Shown: positions 1-10,668, counted from the first letter of the stretch. The stretch is 24,000 bases of DNA from an uncultured delta proteobacterium (GCA_903843965.1 CAIMRY010000025.1:44622-68621), one strand, 5' to 3'. Notes: generated by a model not told the origin, from the sequence alone. Made by a program: numbers and translations.

Positions 1-376
1 CCTCGGCGTTGATGCGCAGGAACACGGTGGCGTCCGTGAACTCCACCATGTCCAGCGACAAGCGGCGCGAGAAGAGCGGAATGACCCGGATGCGCGCCGA
101 CAGGGCGCTGGCCGTGAGCATGGGCTCCGGGCCGAAGCCGGGGGCGTTGCCCAGGGTGATGCCGCGCGCGTGCAGCCCCAGCCAGGGGAACACGCTGACG
201 CCCAGCTCGCCCCCCAGGCCGACCTGCTGGCCCGTGGCCTCCTGCATGAGCCGGGCGAACTCGGTGCGAAACTCCGGGGTGCTCATGTAGTGCGAGGCCC
301 AGAGCACCATGCCCCCGGTGAGGAGCAACAGCGCAATCAGCACGCCCAGGAGGATGAGGATGAGTTTTCGGCGCAT
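1..376 (-). CDS. AsmA family-like protein, N-terminal part only (3' end runs off the window)
   Basis: Manual minus-strand translation from ATG at 376: MRRKLILILLGVLIALLLLTGGMVLWASHYMSTPEFRTEFARLMQEATGQQVGLGGELGVSVFPWLGLHARGITLGNAPGFG...; N-terminal TM segment followed by AsmA-like 'G.l...vfPwlgl...g..lgNapGFg' pattern. Open to the window edge. Confidence 0.75.
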   Translation of the reverse strand, partial: MRRKLILILLGVLIALLLLTGGMVLWASHYMSTPEFRTEFARLMQEATGQQVGLGGELGVSVFPWLGLHARGITLGNAPGFGPEPMLTASALSARIRVIPLFSRRLSLDMVEFTDATVFLRINAE

Positions 377-490
377 GGCCGCCCGCCTTGTGCCTCAGCT
401 ACGGTTGTGTGTTGCGGGGTCCGACGGCAGCCCGCAGTCCGCCTTTAGCTGGTTTGCGCATTCCCGGCAAGGACGCCTGGGGCAAAGCGT

Positions 491-1402
491 TCAGGACTCG
501 GTGGCCGGACCAGGCTGCGGCGCGTTTTCGCCGGGCCCGGCTTGCTCAATACCGATGCTCTCCAAACCGATGTCAACTAGGCCGATGCCTTCAAGCCCGA
601 CAATGGCGATGCCCGCCTTGTCCGCCACGGCCAGCGTGGACTCCAGGTCGAAGAACAGGCTTTTGCCCGCCTCCACGCCCAGGCACGTGGCCTTGCCCCC
701 AGCCATCAGGCGCACGGTGTCCAGGCCCACGCAGGGCAGGTCCACGCGCTCCTCCTGGCCGGGCTTGGCCACCTTGACCACCACGCAGCCCGCCCCGCCC
801 AGCTCGCAGCCGCGCCGGATGGCCGCGTCCGTGCCTTCCAGGGCCTCCACGGCGGCCACGATGCCCTCGCGCAGGACGATGCACTGGCCGATGTCGAGCC
901 GACCCAGCTCCCGGGCCATGGCCGCCCCGGCGCGCAGGTCGGCCCATTCGCGCTCGTCCGGTGCGCGCCGGGTAAGCACCCCCGGCGGGGTCATGAGCCC
1001 CGGCGCATAGGCCTGGGGCGGGCGGACCGTGATGCCCTCGGACTCCAGCAGGGTGGTGAAGGCGCGCAGAATGGCGTCGTCGCCCTTGCCCTTGAGCGAG
1101 AAGATGAGCTTTACGGCGCGGGCGTCGAGGTGCCGGATGTCCATGACCCCCGGCTTGTTGATGGCCCCGGCCATGATGGCCTCTTCGACCTTGTTCTGCT
1201 TGAAGAAGTCCACGAGCTTGCCCAGCTGGCCCAGCTTCAGCTCGCAGAAGACGTCGGCCAGGGGGTAGACTTCGGGGTTGGTGTGGCCCGCAAACCCGGC
1301 CACCACCAGGCGGTGCCCGGCGTCCTTGACCCCGCGCGCCACCAAAAGCGGGAACTGGCGCCCCCCGCTGATGAGTCCGACGACCTTGGCGGCTGCGCTC
1401 AT
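491..1402 (-). CDS. lpxI: UDP-2,3-diacylglucosamine pyrophosphatase LpxI (DUF1009 family)
   Basis: 303 aa ORF, GLISGGRQFPLLVARGVKDAGHRLVVAGFAGHT, EEAIMAGAINKP and KVAKPGQEERVDLPCVGLDTV motifs; adjacent to lpxA/fabZ/lpxD. Confidence 0.92.
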   Translation of the reverse strand: MSAAAKVVGLISGGRQFPLLVARGVKDAGHRLVVAGFAGHTNPEVYPLADVFCELKLGQLGKLVDFFKQNKVEEAIMAGAINKPGVMDIRHLDARAVKLIFSLKGKGDDAILRAFTTLLESEGITVRPPQAYAPGLMTPPGVLTRRAPDEREWADLRAGAAMARELGRLDIGQCIVLREGIVAAVEALEGTDAAIRRGCELGGAGCVVVKVAKPGQEERVDLPCVGLDTVRLMAGGKATCLGVEAGKSLFFDLESTLAVADKAGIAIVGLEGIGLVDIGLESIGIEQAGPGENAPQPGPATES

Positions 1403-1480
1403 GGATTCCCCCTGCGTGGCTGCGCCAGCCGGAAGCAGGCCGCGCGCCCCGGCTCGTTGCGTCGCCGTTCTTTGGTGGTG

Positions 1481-2290
1481 CTAGTCGTCGCCGTTGGAGC
1501 TCTTGCCCGCGTCGCTGGTGATGCCGCGCACCGTGCCGCGCACGAACTCCACCAGCCGCGCCACCTCAGGCACGTCCGGCAACTCCTCCAGGGCCTTGGT
1601 CAGGGCCTCGTCGCGCATGAGGCCGGAGCGGAAGATGATGCGGTAGGCCTTCTTGATGGCCCCGATGGTGGCGCTGGAAAAGCCCTTGCGCTTGAGCCCG
1701 ATGATGTTCGGGCCGTAGAGCTTGGCCCGGGTGCCCTGGGCCAGCATGTACGGCGGCACGTCGTTGCTGTAGCCGGAAAGCCCGCCCAGAAAGGCGTACT
1801 CGCCGATGCGCGCGTACTGCTGCACCGCAGCCATGCCCGAGACGATGGTGTGGTCGCCGATGTCCACGTGCCCGGCCATGCTCACCGCATTGGCCACGAT
1901 GACGTGGTCGCCGATGCGGCAGTCGTGGGCCACGTGGGCATAGGCCATGAACAGGCAATGCGAGCCGATGGTGGTTTCGCCGTGGCCCTGGGGCGTGCCC
2001 CGATGCACGGTGACGTATTCGCGGAAATGGTTGGCGCTGCCTATGCGCACCCAGGTCTCCTCGCCCTTGAAGCCCAGGTGCTGGGGCGCGTCGCCGATGC
2101 AGGCGTAGGAGTGCACGTGGTTGTCCGGACCCATGTTCGTGTAGTCCTTGACCTGGGAAAAGGCGTCGAGGATGGAGCCGTCGCCGATGAGGACTTTCTC
2201 CTCGATGACGCAGTAGGGTCCGACAGTGACGTTGTCGCCCAGCTGCGCGCCGGGATGAACAACCGCAGAGGGATGGATCTGTGTGGGCAC
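1481..2290 (-). CDS. lpxA: Acyl-[ACP]-UDP-N-acetylglucosamine O-acyltransferase LpxA
   Basis: 269 aa; IHPSAVVHPGAQLGDNVTVGPYCVIEE, left-handed beta helix hexapeptides, NHFREYVTVHRGT motif. Confidence 0.97.
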   Translation of the reverse strand: MPTQIHPSAVVHPGAQLGDNVTVGPYCVIEEKVLIGDGSILDAFSQVKDYTNMGPDNHVHSYACIGDAPQHLGFKGEETWVRIGSANHFREYVTVHRGTPQGHGETTIGSHCLFMAYAHVAHDCRIGDHVIVANAVSMAGHVDIGDHTIVSGMAAVQQYARIGEYAFLGGLSGYSNDVPPYMLAQGTRAKLYGPNIIGLKRKGFSSATIGAIKKAYRIIFRSGLMRDEALTKALEELPDVPEVARLVEFVRGTVRGITSDAGKSSNGDD

Positions 2291-2772
2291 TACATCTTCC
2301 CCTTGTCCACCACGGCGGCGGTGAAAATGCCCTCGGCCACGAGCTCGCCGTCAACGGTGGCGCGGCCCTGCATCTTCCAGATGTTCATCTTGCGCCGGAT
2401 GACGCTGGCCTCCAGGTTCAGGCGGTCGCCAGGGACCACGGGGCGGCGTATCTTGACCCCGTCGATGCCGGTGAAGAGGAACAGCTTGTCCGTGGAGTTG
2501 ATGCCCATGGTCTTGACCACGAAGATGCCGCCGGCCTGGGCCAAGGCCTCCAGAATGAGCACGCCGGGCATGATGGGCTGGCCAGGAAAATGGCCCTGGA
2601 AGAAATTCTCGTTGAAGGTCACGTTCTTGTAGGCCGTGATGCCCACGCCGGACTCGAAGCCGACCACCCGGTCCACCAGCAGGAAGGGATAGCGGTGCGG
2701 CAGCATCTCCATGATGCTGCGGATGTCGTCGACAAAGGCAGTGCCGTTCGCCGGGGCCGGGGCGCTCGTCAT
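2290..2772 (-). CDS. fabZ: 3-hydroxyacyl-[ACP] dehydratase FabZ
   Basis: 160 aa; MLPHRYPFLLVDRV, NENFFQGHFPGQPIMPGVLILEALAQ motif. Start/stop overlaps lpxA by 1 bp. Confidence 0.97.
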   Translation of the reverse strand: MTSAPAPANGTAFVDDIRSIMEMLPHRYPFLLVDRVVGFESGVGITAYKNVTFNENFFQGHFPGQPIMPGVLILEALAQAGGIFVVKTMGINSTDKLFLFTGIDGVKIRRPVVPGDRLNLEASVIRRKMNIWKMQGRATVDGELVAEGIFTAAVVDKGKM

Positions 2773-2773
2773 G

Positions 2774-3799
2774 TCAGTCCTCCTTGGGCTTGTCCTGGCG
2801 CTGCTCCAGGGCCTTCTCCAGCTTGCGCACGCGGCGCGCCAGGTCCGGCAGCTTGGGCAGGGTCAGTGACATCTTGAGATAGGTTGCTATGTCCATGGAG
2901 GGCGACCCGCCAACCATGGCCCCGGCGGGCTGGTCCACGCCGACGCCGGACTGCCCGGCCACCTGGACGCCGTCGCCCAGGCTGATGTTGTCACGCAGGG
3001 CCGACTGCCCGGCCATGACGACGCCGTTGCCCAGCGTGCAGCTGCCCGCGATGCCCGCCTGGGAGATGATCAGGCAGTGCTTGCCGATCTGCACGTTGTG
3101 GGCGATCTGGGCCAGGTTGTCGATCTTGGTGCCGTCGCCGATGCGTGTGGCGTCCAGGGCGGCGCGGTCGACGGTGGTGTTGGCCCCGATCTCGACGTCG
3201 TCACCCACGACCACAACGCCCACCTGCGGGACCTTCACGTGGCCCGCCGAGCTTTGGGCGTAGCCGTAGCCGTCGCTGCCGAGCACGGCCCCGGCGTGGA
3301 CGATGACGCGGTCGCCCAGGACTGTACCGGCCAGGAGCACGCTGTTGGGGTACAGGGTGCAGCCCTGGCCGAGCACGCAGTCCTCGCCCACGTAGACGCC
3401 GGGGAACAGGGTCGTGCCAGCTCCGATTGCCGCGCGGGCGCCGATGAAGGCGAAGGGGTACACGGTGATGTCAGGGGCGAGGCTCGTGTCCGGGTGGACG
3501 TAGGCCTGGGGGCTTACACCCGTCAGGCAGCCCTGCGGCTTGGCGAAGAGCGCCACCACGCGCGCCCAGTCGAGCTTGAGGTTTGTGCTGAGCAGGCAGG
3601 TGCGCCCCTCGGGCGCGAACGTCTCCTCGCACAAGACAGCGCCCGCCCTGCTGTGCTCGAGCTCCGGCAGGTGCTTGCGGTTCAGCAGGGGGGCGAGCTC
3701 GTCCGGCCCGGCCAGGGCCAGCGTGTTCACGGCGGCAATCTCAAGGTCGTGGCCGGAAAAGGTCAGACCGACCTTCCCGGCCACTTCGGACAAACGCAT
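2774..3799 (-). CDS. lpxD: UDP-3-O-acylglucosamine N-acyltransferase LpxD
   Basis: 341 aa; N-terminal domain plus hexapeptide repeats, [34 protein letters not shown]. Confidence 0.96.
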   Translation of the reverse strand: MRLSEVAGKVGLTFSGHDLEIAAVNTLALAGPDELAPLLNRKHLPELEHSRAGAVLCEETFAPEGRTCLLSTNLKLDWARVVALFAKPQGCLTGVSPQAYVHPDTSLAPDITVYPFAFIGARAAIGAGTTLFPGVYVGEDCVLGQGCTLYPNSVLLAGTVLGDRVIVHAGAVLGSDGYGYAQSSAGHVKVPQVGVVVVGDDVEIGANTTVDRAALDATRIGDGTKIDNLAQIAHNVQIGKHCLIISQAGIAGSCTLGNGVVMAGQSALRDNISLGDGVQVAGQSGVGVDQPAGAMVGGSPSMDIATYLKMSLTLPKLPDLARRVRKLEKALEQRQDKPKED

Positions 3800-3813
3800 T
3801 CTCTGGCTCCGGA

Positions 3814-4350
3814 CTACTTCTTGGGCCGCGCTTTCCAGCCCCTGTTCAGCTCGGGAATCAACAACTTGGTGATGTCAATAGCGGGCTCAGCGTAGTAGGT
3901 TATTCCCTGCATCTTGGCGAGAAGCAAGGTTATGCCATTCTTGGCGCAGTAGTCGCGCACCACATCATTCAGCACGCGCTCGATCTCGGCCAGCTTGGTG
4001 TTCTGCTCGCGGCTGACGGCGCTCTGGAACCGGCGCATGTTCTCGGTCAGCTCGAACTCCTTGCGCCGGAGCTCGCGCTCCTTGTCAGCGCGGGCTTCAG
4101 GAGCCAGGCCAAAGGCCTGCTTCTGGAAGTTCTCCTGCAGCTTGATAAAGTCCGTTCTTTCTTTTTCGATCTTGTCGCTCTCGGGCTTCAGCTTGGCCTC
4201 AAGCTGCTTAATGGCCTCAGCGCCAGGTTCGGAGTTCTTCAAAGCCTCGTTGGGGTCAAAAACTGCGATTTTGACCGGACCGGCCCCGGCGGCAAAGGCC
4301 ACGGACTGAAGCAGGAAGAGGAAAAGGGCAAGGGCCAGAAACTTACGCAT
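3814..4350 (-). CDS. skp: OmpH/Skp family periplasmic chaperone
   Basis: Start placed at 4350 ([20 protein letters not shown] signal peptide) with AAAGGAG upstream; coiled-coil rich OmpH-like body between bamA and lpxD. Confidence 0.88.
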   Translation of the reverse strand: MRKFLALALFLFLLQSVAFAAGAGPVKIAVFDPNEALKNSEPGAEAIKQLEAKLKPESDKIEKERTDFIKLQENFQKQAFGLAPEARADKERELRRKEFELTENMRRFQSAVSREQNTKLAEIERVLNDVVRDYCAKNGITLLLAKMQGITYYAEPAIDITKLLIPELNRGWKARPKK

Positions 4351-4409
4351 GTCAAATTCTCCTTTCACCAGTTGTTGATACTTACGCTTCTGTCTACACA
4401 GGAAGACCG

Positions 4410-7145
4410 CTAGAAGGTCTGGCCCATGTTGAACTCCACCTTGTTCCGCGTGCTGTCATAGACTTCGTCCAAACCATGTCCGAACTCAAGCTTCAGCGGG
4501 CCCATTGGCGAGAACCACTGGAGGCCGACGCCCACGCTCTTGTACAGGCCAAGAGGCGGTGACGTATAGCCGTTGCGGGTGGGGTTGCTGAGCCACATCT
4601 CGCCTTCTTTCCAGGAGTTGCCTGCGTCAAAGAACAAGGAGCCGATGATACCCATCTTTTTGTTCAGAGGGTAGAGCAATTCAAGGTTCGTGAAGAGCAT
4701 CTTGTCGCCGCCAAGAGCCTGGCCCGTGGCGTCGTCCAGGGGCGAGATCTTGTGCTGCGTGTAGCCGCGCACAGTGCCCATGCCGCCCAGGGTGAAACGT
4801 TCGCCCAGGGGAATGGGGCTGCCCCAGTTCTGCCCGATCATGGCTGTGGACGCGTGGGATTTCAGCACAAGGTCGCCGATGACGCTGTTGTACATGACAA
4901 AGTCATAGCCGAGCTTGATGAAGTTGTCGTTGCCGCCCAGGATGGCGCCGCCATTGGTCAGGCTGACGGTGTTCACCGTGCCCTTGGTGGGCAGGGTCAT
5001 GCCGCCGCCGTTGGTGGTGTTGCGCGCCACCGAGACCGAGGCCACGCTGGCGATGTGCGTGCCCAGGGCGTCAGTGATCGCCTGCGCGGAGCCGGCTTTC
5101 GCGTCATAGATCCTGTAGCGGTCCAGGCGATAGCTCCACAGCAGGCTGGTGTACTCGCCGATGGGGTACGCAAAGTTGACCGTGGAGCCGATGGTGTTGC
5201 GCTGGTAGTCGACGAGGTTTTCGTCGCGTTCGTAGGCCGAAAAGCCCACGCCAAGCTTGCTGTCATCCCAGCGCGGGTTGAAGGCGTTTAAGGTGTAGCT
5301 CGTCTTCTTGGTGCTCCACTGCCCGGCGAGCCCCGCGCCCCAGCCCTTGCCGAACATGTTCTGCTCGTCCAGGGTGCCGGCGAAGTAGACGCCGTCGTAT
5401 GTGGAGAAGCCGACGCCGCCGCCGATCTTGCCGGTGTCCTTGTCCTTGACCTTGATCTTCAGGTCCATCTCCTCGGGATTGCCCGTGGGCACGGGCTCAA
5501 TGTCCACCGAGGAGAAGTAGCCGGACTTGTCCAGGCGTTCGGTGGAGCGCTTGAGCATTTCGCCGTTGAACAGGGAGCCGTCGGCCAGGCGCATCTCGCG
5601 CAGGATGACGTTGTCGCGGGTCTTGGTGTTGCCCTCGATGAGCACCCGACGGATGTGGACCTTCTGCAGCTTGCGCATGACATAAACGACATCCACTGTT
5701 TTTTCTTCCGGGTGGTCGTTCATGCGCACATTGGCCTCGGCGTAGGCGTAGCCGAAGTTGTTGTAGTATTCGGTCAAGGCCTTCAGGTCGTCGCGCACCA
5801 GGGAGCGGTCAAGATAGTCCTTCTTCCCGGCGGCCTTGCTCAGCTTGGTCACTTCCAGCAGCTTGTCCTCGTCGGCAATGAGGTCGCCCTCGACGCTGAC
5901 CTTCTCCACGCGGAAGCGCGAGCCCTCTTCGACCTTGAACTTGATGTAGATGCCGTCATCCTTGAACTCGATGTCGGGGCTGCCCACCTTGGCGTCCATG
6001 TAGCCGCGGTTGTTGTAATAGGCGGCGAGCACGGACGTGTCGCGCTCAACCATGTCCTCCTTGAGGATGCCGCCCTGGCTGAACCAGGAGAAGATCCCGC
6101 GCTCCTTCAAGGCCATGTCTTCCTTGAGGTCGTCCTCGGAAACCTGCTTGGCTCCTTCCACGGTGATGGACTTGATGTAGAGCTTCTTGCCCTCGTCGAT
6201 GACGAAGTTGAGACGCGCCTGCCCCTGGCCCGCGGTCTCGGTCTCGTGGGTGACCTTGGCGTTGTAGTAGCCGTCCTTGCGGTACAGGTCGCGGATGGCG
6301 TTGATATCCTCGGCCAGGACCTTTGGGTTCAAGACCGCGCCCTTCTTGGAGTTGACGACCTTGAGCACGTCCTCAACGGATTTCTCCTTGGCGCCCTTGA
6401 CGCCCAGGGCCAGGATGCGCGGCTTCTCCACAACCTGCACGATCATCTTCTTGCCGCCGTTGACGTCGCGCAGGATGATCTTCACGTCGTCAAAATATCC
6501 CAGGTCGTACACGGTCTTAAGGTCCGTGTTCACGGCCTTGGCGTCCAGAACCTCGCCTTTCTTTGTGGACAGGCGCATGAGCACCACGTCTTTGTCCAGC
6601 GCGGTGGTGCCCTCCACGTCGATGTCCACGATGCGCTCCAGGCCGAGCAGGTCACCCTTCATCTTGGTCACCAGGTCGTCCACGGCGGGCAGGAGGTTGA
6701 TCAGCCCCTCGCGCGTGGAGAACACAGGCCTCGGCGGCTTCAGCCCAAAGGGGTCCAGGACCCGGGCGTCGATGGACAGGGTCTCGCCCAGCTTGCTGAA
6801 GCTGCCGGTGATGGCGTACCCGGCGTTGGTCAAGAGGGCCGCCTCCTTGGCGGCGGCGGGGTCAGCGGGGTTCAGGCCCTTGGAGGCCAAAGCCTTGGCC
6901 ACGGCCTCCTTGTCGATGACGGTGAACCCGGCCTCGCGCAGGCGGTCGGACAACAGGTCCGGCAAACCCTGGCGGAGGTACTTCAGGTCGTCTCCGGCGT
7001 TCACCTCAAACGGCATCACGACCACTGTGACTTCGCGCGGCGAGGTCACTGCGGAGCGGGAAGGCCGTGGCGCGGCGCACACGGCCGCAAAGACCGTGAA
7101 AAACGCCAGCACAAGGAAAAAATTTTTGCTGCTACCCCTGGGCAT
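4410..7145 (-). CDS. bamA: Outer membrane assembly factor BamA with an additional N-terminal TolB_N/FlgO-like domain
   Basis: 911 aa; POTRA-like repeats, GGGVGFSTYDGVYFAGTLDEQNMFGKGW, C-terminal barrel with RGYTQHKISPLD and GPLKLEFGHGLDEVYDSTRNKVEFNMGQTF ending in Phe. Confidence 0.95.
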   Translation of the reverse strand: MPRGSSKNFFLVLAFFTVFAAVCAAPRPSRSAVTSPREVTVVVMPFEVNAGDDLKYLRQGLPDLLSDRLREAGFTVIDKEAVAKALASKGLNPADPAAAKEAALLTNAGYAITGSFSKLGETLSIDARVLDPFGLKPPRPVFSTREGLINLLPAVDDLVTKMKGDLLGLERIVDIDVEGTTALDKDVVLMRLSTKKGEVLDAKAVNTDLKTVYDLGYFDDVKIILRDVNGGKKMIVQVVEKPRILALGVKGAKEKSVEDVLKVVNSKKGAVLNPKVLAEDINAIRDLYRKDGYYNAKVTHETETAGQGQARLNFVIDEGKKLYIKSITVEGAKQVSEDDLKEDMALKERGIFSWFSQGGILKEDMVERDTSVLAAYYNNRGYMDAKVGSPDIEFKDDGIYIKFKVEEGSRFRVEKVSVEGDLIADEDKLLEVTKLSKAAGKKDYLDRSLVRDDLKALTEYYNNFGYAYAEANVRMNDHPEEKTVDVVYVMRKLQKVHIRRVLIEGNTKTRDNVILREMRLADGSLFNGEMLKRSTERLDKSGYFSSVDIEPVPTGNPEEMDLKIKVKDKDTGKIGGGVGFSTYDGVYFAGTLDEQNMFGKGWGAGLAGQWSTKKTSYTLNAFNPRWDDSKLGVGFSAYERDENLVDYQRNTIGSTVNFAYPIGEYTSLLWSYRLDRYRIYDAKAGSAQAITDALGTHIASVASVSVARNTTNGGGMTLPTKGTVNTVSLTNGGAILGGNDNFIKLGYDFVMYNSVIGDLVLKSHASTAMIGQNWGSPIPLGERFTLGGMGTVRGYTQHKISPLDDATGQALGGDKMLFTNLELLYPLNKKMGIIGSLFFDAGNSWKEGEMWLSNPTRNGYTSPPLGLYKSVGVGLQWFSPMGPLKLEFGHGLDEVYDSTRNKVEFNMGQTF

Positions 7146-7818
7146 AGAGAACTCCCGAACGCAACTCGAACCGCCGTCCCATGACGCCGGCCAGTTCTAT
7201 GTTATGCGTTACGACCACGAATGTCATCCCCAAGTCCCTGTTCAAGGACACCAGGAGTTCGCCGACCATTCTGCCCGTTCTCTCGTCCAGGTTTCCGGTG
7301 GGCTCGTCGGCCAGAAGGGCCTTCGGGCGGAGCAGGATGGCCCTGGCGATGGCCGCCCGCTGGCGTTCTCCGCCAGACAGGGTCGTCACCGCCTGTTCCA
7401 TGTGCTGCCGCATTCCCACCATCACCAGGGCCTCACGGGCCAGCTCCAGGGCTTCAGCCCTGGACTTCCCGGCAATGATGCCGGGCATGGCGACATTCTC
7501 CAAGGTCGTGAATTCCGGCAGCAGGTGGTGGAACTGAAAAACAAATCCCATGTCCCTGTTGCGAAGCACGGCCCTGCGCCTGTCGTCGAGGACCGCCAGA
7601 TTCTCCCCGGAGAAGAAAATTTCTCCACTCGTGGGCGCGTCCAGAGTTCCAAGAAGGTGCAGGAGGGTCGTCTTCCCGGAACCCGAGGCGCCTAGTATGG
7701 CAATGGATTCTCCAGGGGCTACGGTCAGATCGATCCCGTCAAGCACCCGCAGGCGCTCCCCTGGCCCAGCAAATTCCTTGCCAACCCTGTTCAGGCGGTA
7801 TAGCGGCTCTTTATTCAT
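7132..7818 (-). CDS. lolD: Lipoprotein-releasing ABC transporter ATP-binding protein LolD
   Basis: Walker A GASGSGKTTLLHLLG, signature LSGGERQRAAIARAI, Walker B LLADEP. Start chosen at MNKEPLYRL (7818), overlapping the upstream lolC/E stop by 8 bp; the track ORF extends to 7902. Confidence 0.93.
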   Translation of the reverse strand: MNKEPLYRLNRVGKEFAGPGERLRVLDGIDLTVAPGESIAILGASGSGKTTLLHLLGTLDAPTSGEIFFSGENLAVLDDRRRAVLRNRDMGFVFQFHHLLPEFTTLENVAMPGIIAGKSRAEALELAREALVMVGMRQHMEQAVTTLSGGERQRAAIARAILLRPKALLADEPTGNLDERTGRMVGELLVSLNRDLGMTFVVVTHNIELAGVMGRRFELRSGVLYAQG

Positions 7819-9040
7819 AACGCAAGGCATCCGAGGGCTTAAGCGCAGCTGCGCGCCGGGCCGGGTAGATCGTGGACAGATAGCACAGGGCAAGAGCCGC
7901 AACCCCGATCAGCAGCATATCCAAAAACTCAAGGCGTACAGGTAGATAGTCCACCGGGTAGACATCGCTCGGCAGCTTGATGAACTGGTATTTCTTGAGC
8001 AAAAGCGCCACAGGAAGGCCGATGGCGTAGCCCAGGGCCGTGCCCACCGCGCCGATAAAACTGCCCTGATAGATAAAAATCCGCCGGATGCTCCTCTCGT
8101 CCGCGCCCATGGCCATGAGCACGGCGATGTCCTTGGTCTTCTGCATCACCAGCATCACCAGCATGGTCACGATGCTGAAGGAGCCCACCAGCACGATCAT
8201 GGCCAGGATGATGAACATGGCCGTCTTCTCAAGCTCCAAGGCTGCGAAAAGATTGGCGTTCATCTCCTGCCAGTTGCGCACAAAAACAGGGTAGTCATGC
8301 AGCTTTGCGCGGATATGGTCGCTGACGGTGCCGGCCGCGTACACATCCGCCAGGCGAACCTCCAGCCCTGATACGATATCACCCTTGAATCCAAGGAGAC
8401 TTCTCGCCGCGCCCACGGTCACGTAGCCCAGGGTGGCGTCGTACTCGAACATGCCGGTCTTGAAGATTCCGGCCACGCGGAAGACCTTCACCTTGGGCGT
8501 AAAGCCTACTGCGCTGGGGGTTCCCGTGGGCGAGAGCAGGTTCACCAGCGCCCCCACCTCCAGCCCCAGGCGCTTGGCCATCTCCGCGCCGATGATCACT
8601 CCGGGCAGGTCGTCGCGGTCCTCCAAATCATTGACGCTTCCGGAAACCATGTCCCGGGTGATGCTCAGGACTTGGTCGGCGGTGGCGGGGTCGATGCCGC
8701 GCAGGACCACGCCCTTGACCCCGCCCTTGGCCGAGAGCATGACCTCGGAGTACACAAAGGGCGTGACCCCGCTGACGCCGGGCACCTCCCGGCACAGGTC
8801 CGCCAGCTTCTGGTAGTCGCGGATGCCGCCGGAAAAGGCGCTCACCAGCACGTGGGCGTTGACGCCCAGGATCTTGTCGCGCAGGTCCTTGGTGAACCCG
8901 TTCATGACCCCGATGACCACGATGAGCGCGGCCACGCCGAGGGCCACGCCGCACACGGCGAATAGCGAGATGATGCCGATGAAGGACTGTTTGCGAAGCG
9001 CGAAGATGTAGCGCAGGGCGATGAACAGTTCGAAGTTCAT
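7811..9040 (-). CDS. Lipoprotein-releasing ABC transporter permease, LolC/LolE family
   Basis: 409 aa; FELFIALRYIFALRKQSFIGIISLFAVCGVALGVAALIVVIGVMNGF, C-terminal FtsX-like TM region YPVDYLPVRLEFLDMLLIGVAALALCYLSTIYPARRAAALKPSDALRYE. Confidence 0.94.
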   Translation of the reverse strand: MNFELFIALRYIFALRKQSFIGIISLFAVCGVALGVAALIVVIGVMNGFTKDLRDKILGVNAHVLVSAFSGGIRDYQKLADLCREVPGVSGVTPFVYSEVMLSAKGGVKGVVLRGIDPATADQVLSITRDMVSGSVNDLEDRDDLPGVIIGAEMAKRLGLEVGALVNLLSPTGTPSAVGFTPKVKVFRVAGIFKTGMFEYDATLGYVTVGAARSLLGFKGDIVSGLEVRLADVYAAGTVSDHIRAKLHDYPVFVRNWQEMNANLFAALELEKTAMFIILAMIVLVGSFSIVTMLVMLVMQKTKDIAVLMAMGADERSIRRIFIYQGSFIGAVGTALGYAIGLPVALLLKKYQFIKLPSDVYPVDYLPVRLEFLDMLLIGVAALALCYLSTIYPARRAAALKPSDALRYE

Positions 9041-10668
9041 GCAGGTCCGGTGGCCGGGCCGGCCGGCCCGGATGAGGTTTGGCCGGAGCTGGTCTCCAGC
9101 CTGAGCAGCGGGAAGAGGATGACCTCGCGGATGGACGGGGAGTCGGTGAGCAGCATGACCAGGCGGTCGATGCCCACGCCCTGCCCGGCAGCCGGAGGCA
9201 TGCCGTACTCCAGCGCGCGCACGTAGTCCTCGTCCATGAAGTGCGCCTCGTCGTCGCCTGCGGCCTTTTCCTGCACCTGGTCCTCGAAGCGGCCGCGCTG
9301 GTCCACGGGGTCGTTCAGCTCGCTGAAGGCGTTGGCCAGCTCGCGGCCCACCACGAACAGCTCAAAGCGGTCGGTGATCTCCGGGTTGTCCTCGTTGCGG
9401 CGGGAGAGCGGAGAGATGTCCGTCGGATAATGATAGATGAAGTGCGGCTGGATGAGCTTGGGCTCCACGAAGATGTCGAAGAGCTTGGCTTGGAGCTTGC
9501 CCAGCTTTTCGCCCTTGACGACCTTCTCGCCGCTCTTCTTCACCAATGCGGCGCAGCGTTCGTAGTCCTTGTAGTCGGCCGGGTCAACGCCGCCGATCTG
9601 CTCCAGCGAGTCGTGGAAGCTTATGCGCGTCCACTTGCCCGGCGTCAGGTCGATCTCCATCTCCTGGTAGGTCACGATGGTGCTGCCGCACACGTCGCGG
9701 GCCACGATGGAGAGCATGTCCTCGGTCAGGTCCATGAGGTCCGTGAAGTCGGCATAGGCCCAGTAGAACTCCAGCATGGTGAACTCGGGGTTGTGCCGGG
9801 TGCTGATGCCTTCGTTGCGGAAATTGCGGTTGATCTCGTAGACCTTTTCGAACCCGCCCACGAGCAGGCGCTTCAGGTACAGCTCGGGCGCGATGCGCAT
9901 GTACAGCTTCATGTCCAGCGCGTTGTGGTGCGTCTCGAAGGGCCGCGCCGTGGCGCCGCCGGGAATGGGCTGCATCATGGGCGTCTCGACCTCAAGGAAG
10001 CCCCTGGCGTCGAGGTAGTTGCGGATGCCGCGCACGATCATGGTGCGCTTGCGGAAGATCTCGCTGGTGCGCGGGGTCACGATGAGGTCCACGTAGCGCT
10101 GGCGGTAGCGGGTCTCCATGTCCTTCAGCCCGTGGTACTTCTCCGGCAGGGGCCGCATGGACTTGGTCACCAGGACCACGGACCTGGCGCGCAGGGTCAG
10201 CTCGCCGGTCTTGGTGCGGAAGAGGTCGCCGCTGATGCCCAGGATGTCGCCGATGTCGTACTTTTTGAAGAGCTGGTAGGCCTCCGCGCCGAGGTCGTCG
10301 CGGGCCACAAAGATCTGCATGGACGCGCTGGAGTCCTGGAGCTTGACAAAGGTGACCTTGCCAAACGAGCGCAGCGAGCGCACGCGCCCGGCCACGGCGA
10401 ACACGCGGCCCACGGCCGCCAGCCCGTCATCGTCCATGTCCGTGTAGGCGGAGACGATGTCGGCCAGGTCCGTGTCCCGGCGGAAGGTGTTGGGGTACAG
10501 GGACACGTTCTCGTCGAGCAGGGCGCAGGCCTTGTCGATGCGGCCCTTGAGCACGTCGTTCAATTCATCGCGCGCGGCCAAGGCGTCCGCCAGGGGCTTG
10601 AAGCGCCCAGCGTGCTTCGACCCGGCGTGGCTGTCTGCCCCGCCGTTGCGTTGTTCGTTGTCGGCCAA
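9037..10668 (-). CDS. lysS: Lysyl-tRNA synthetase, class II
   Basis: 543 aa; OB-fold N-terminus, [54 protein letters not shown]-terminal GIGIDRLVM-type motif ([29 protein letters not shown]). Confidence 0.97.
   Translation of the reverse strand: MADNEQRNGGADSHAGSKHAGRFKPLADALAARDELNDVLKGRIDKACALLDENVSLYPNTFRRDTDLADIVSAYTDMDDDGLAAVGRVFAVAGRVRSLRSFGKVTFVKLQDSSASMQIFVARDDLGAEAYQLFKKYDIGDILGISGDLFRTKTGELTLRARSVVLVTKSMRPLPEKYHGLKDMETRYRQRYVDLIVTPRTSEIFRKRTMIVRGIRNYLDARGFLEVETPMMQPIPGGATARPFETHHNALDMKLYMRIAPELYLKRLLVGGFEKVYEINRNFRNEGISTRHNPEFTMLEFYWAYADFTDLMDLTEDMLSIVARDVCGSTIVTYQEMEIDLTPGKWTRISFHDSLEQIGGVDPADYKDYERCAALVKKSGEKVVKGEKLGKLQAKLFDIFVEPKLIQPHFIYHYPTDISPLSRRNEDNPEITDRFELFVVGRELANAFSELNDPVDQRGRFEDQVQEKAAGDDEAHFMDEDYVRALEYGMPPAAGQGVGIDRLVMLLTDSPSIREVILFPLLRLETSSGQTSSGPAGPATGPA

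Noticed and set aside
1130-2632. 500-aa plus-strand ORF antisense to lpxI/lpxA/fabZ
   Set aside because: Composition typical of an antisense shadow ORF; opposite strand encodes unambiguous LpxI, LpxA and FabZ.
5655-7184. 509-aa plus-strand ORF antisense to bamA
   Set aside because: Antisense shadow frame; BamA on the minus strand has full conserved structure.
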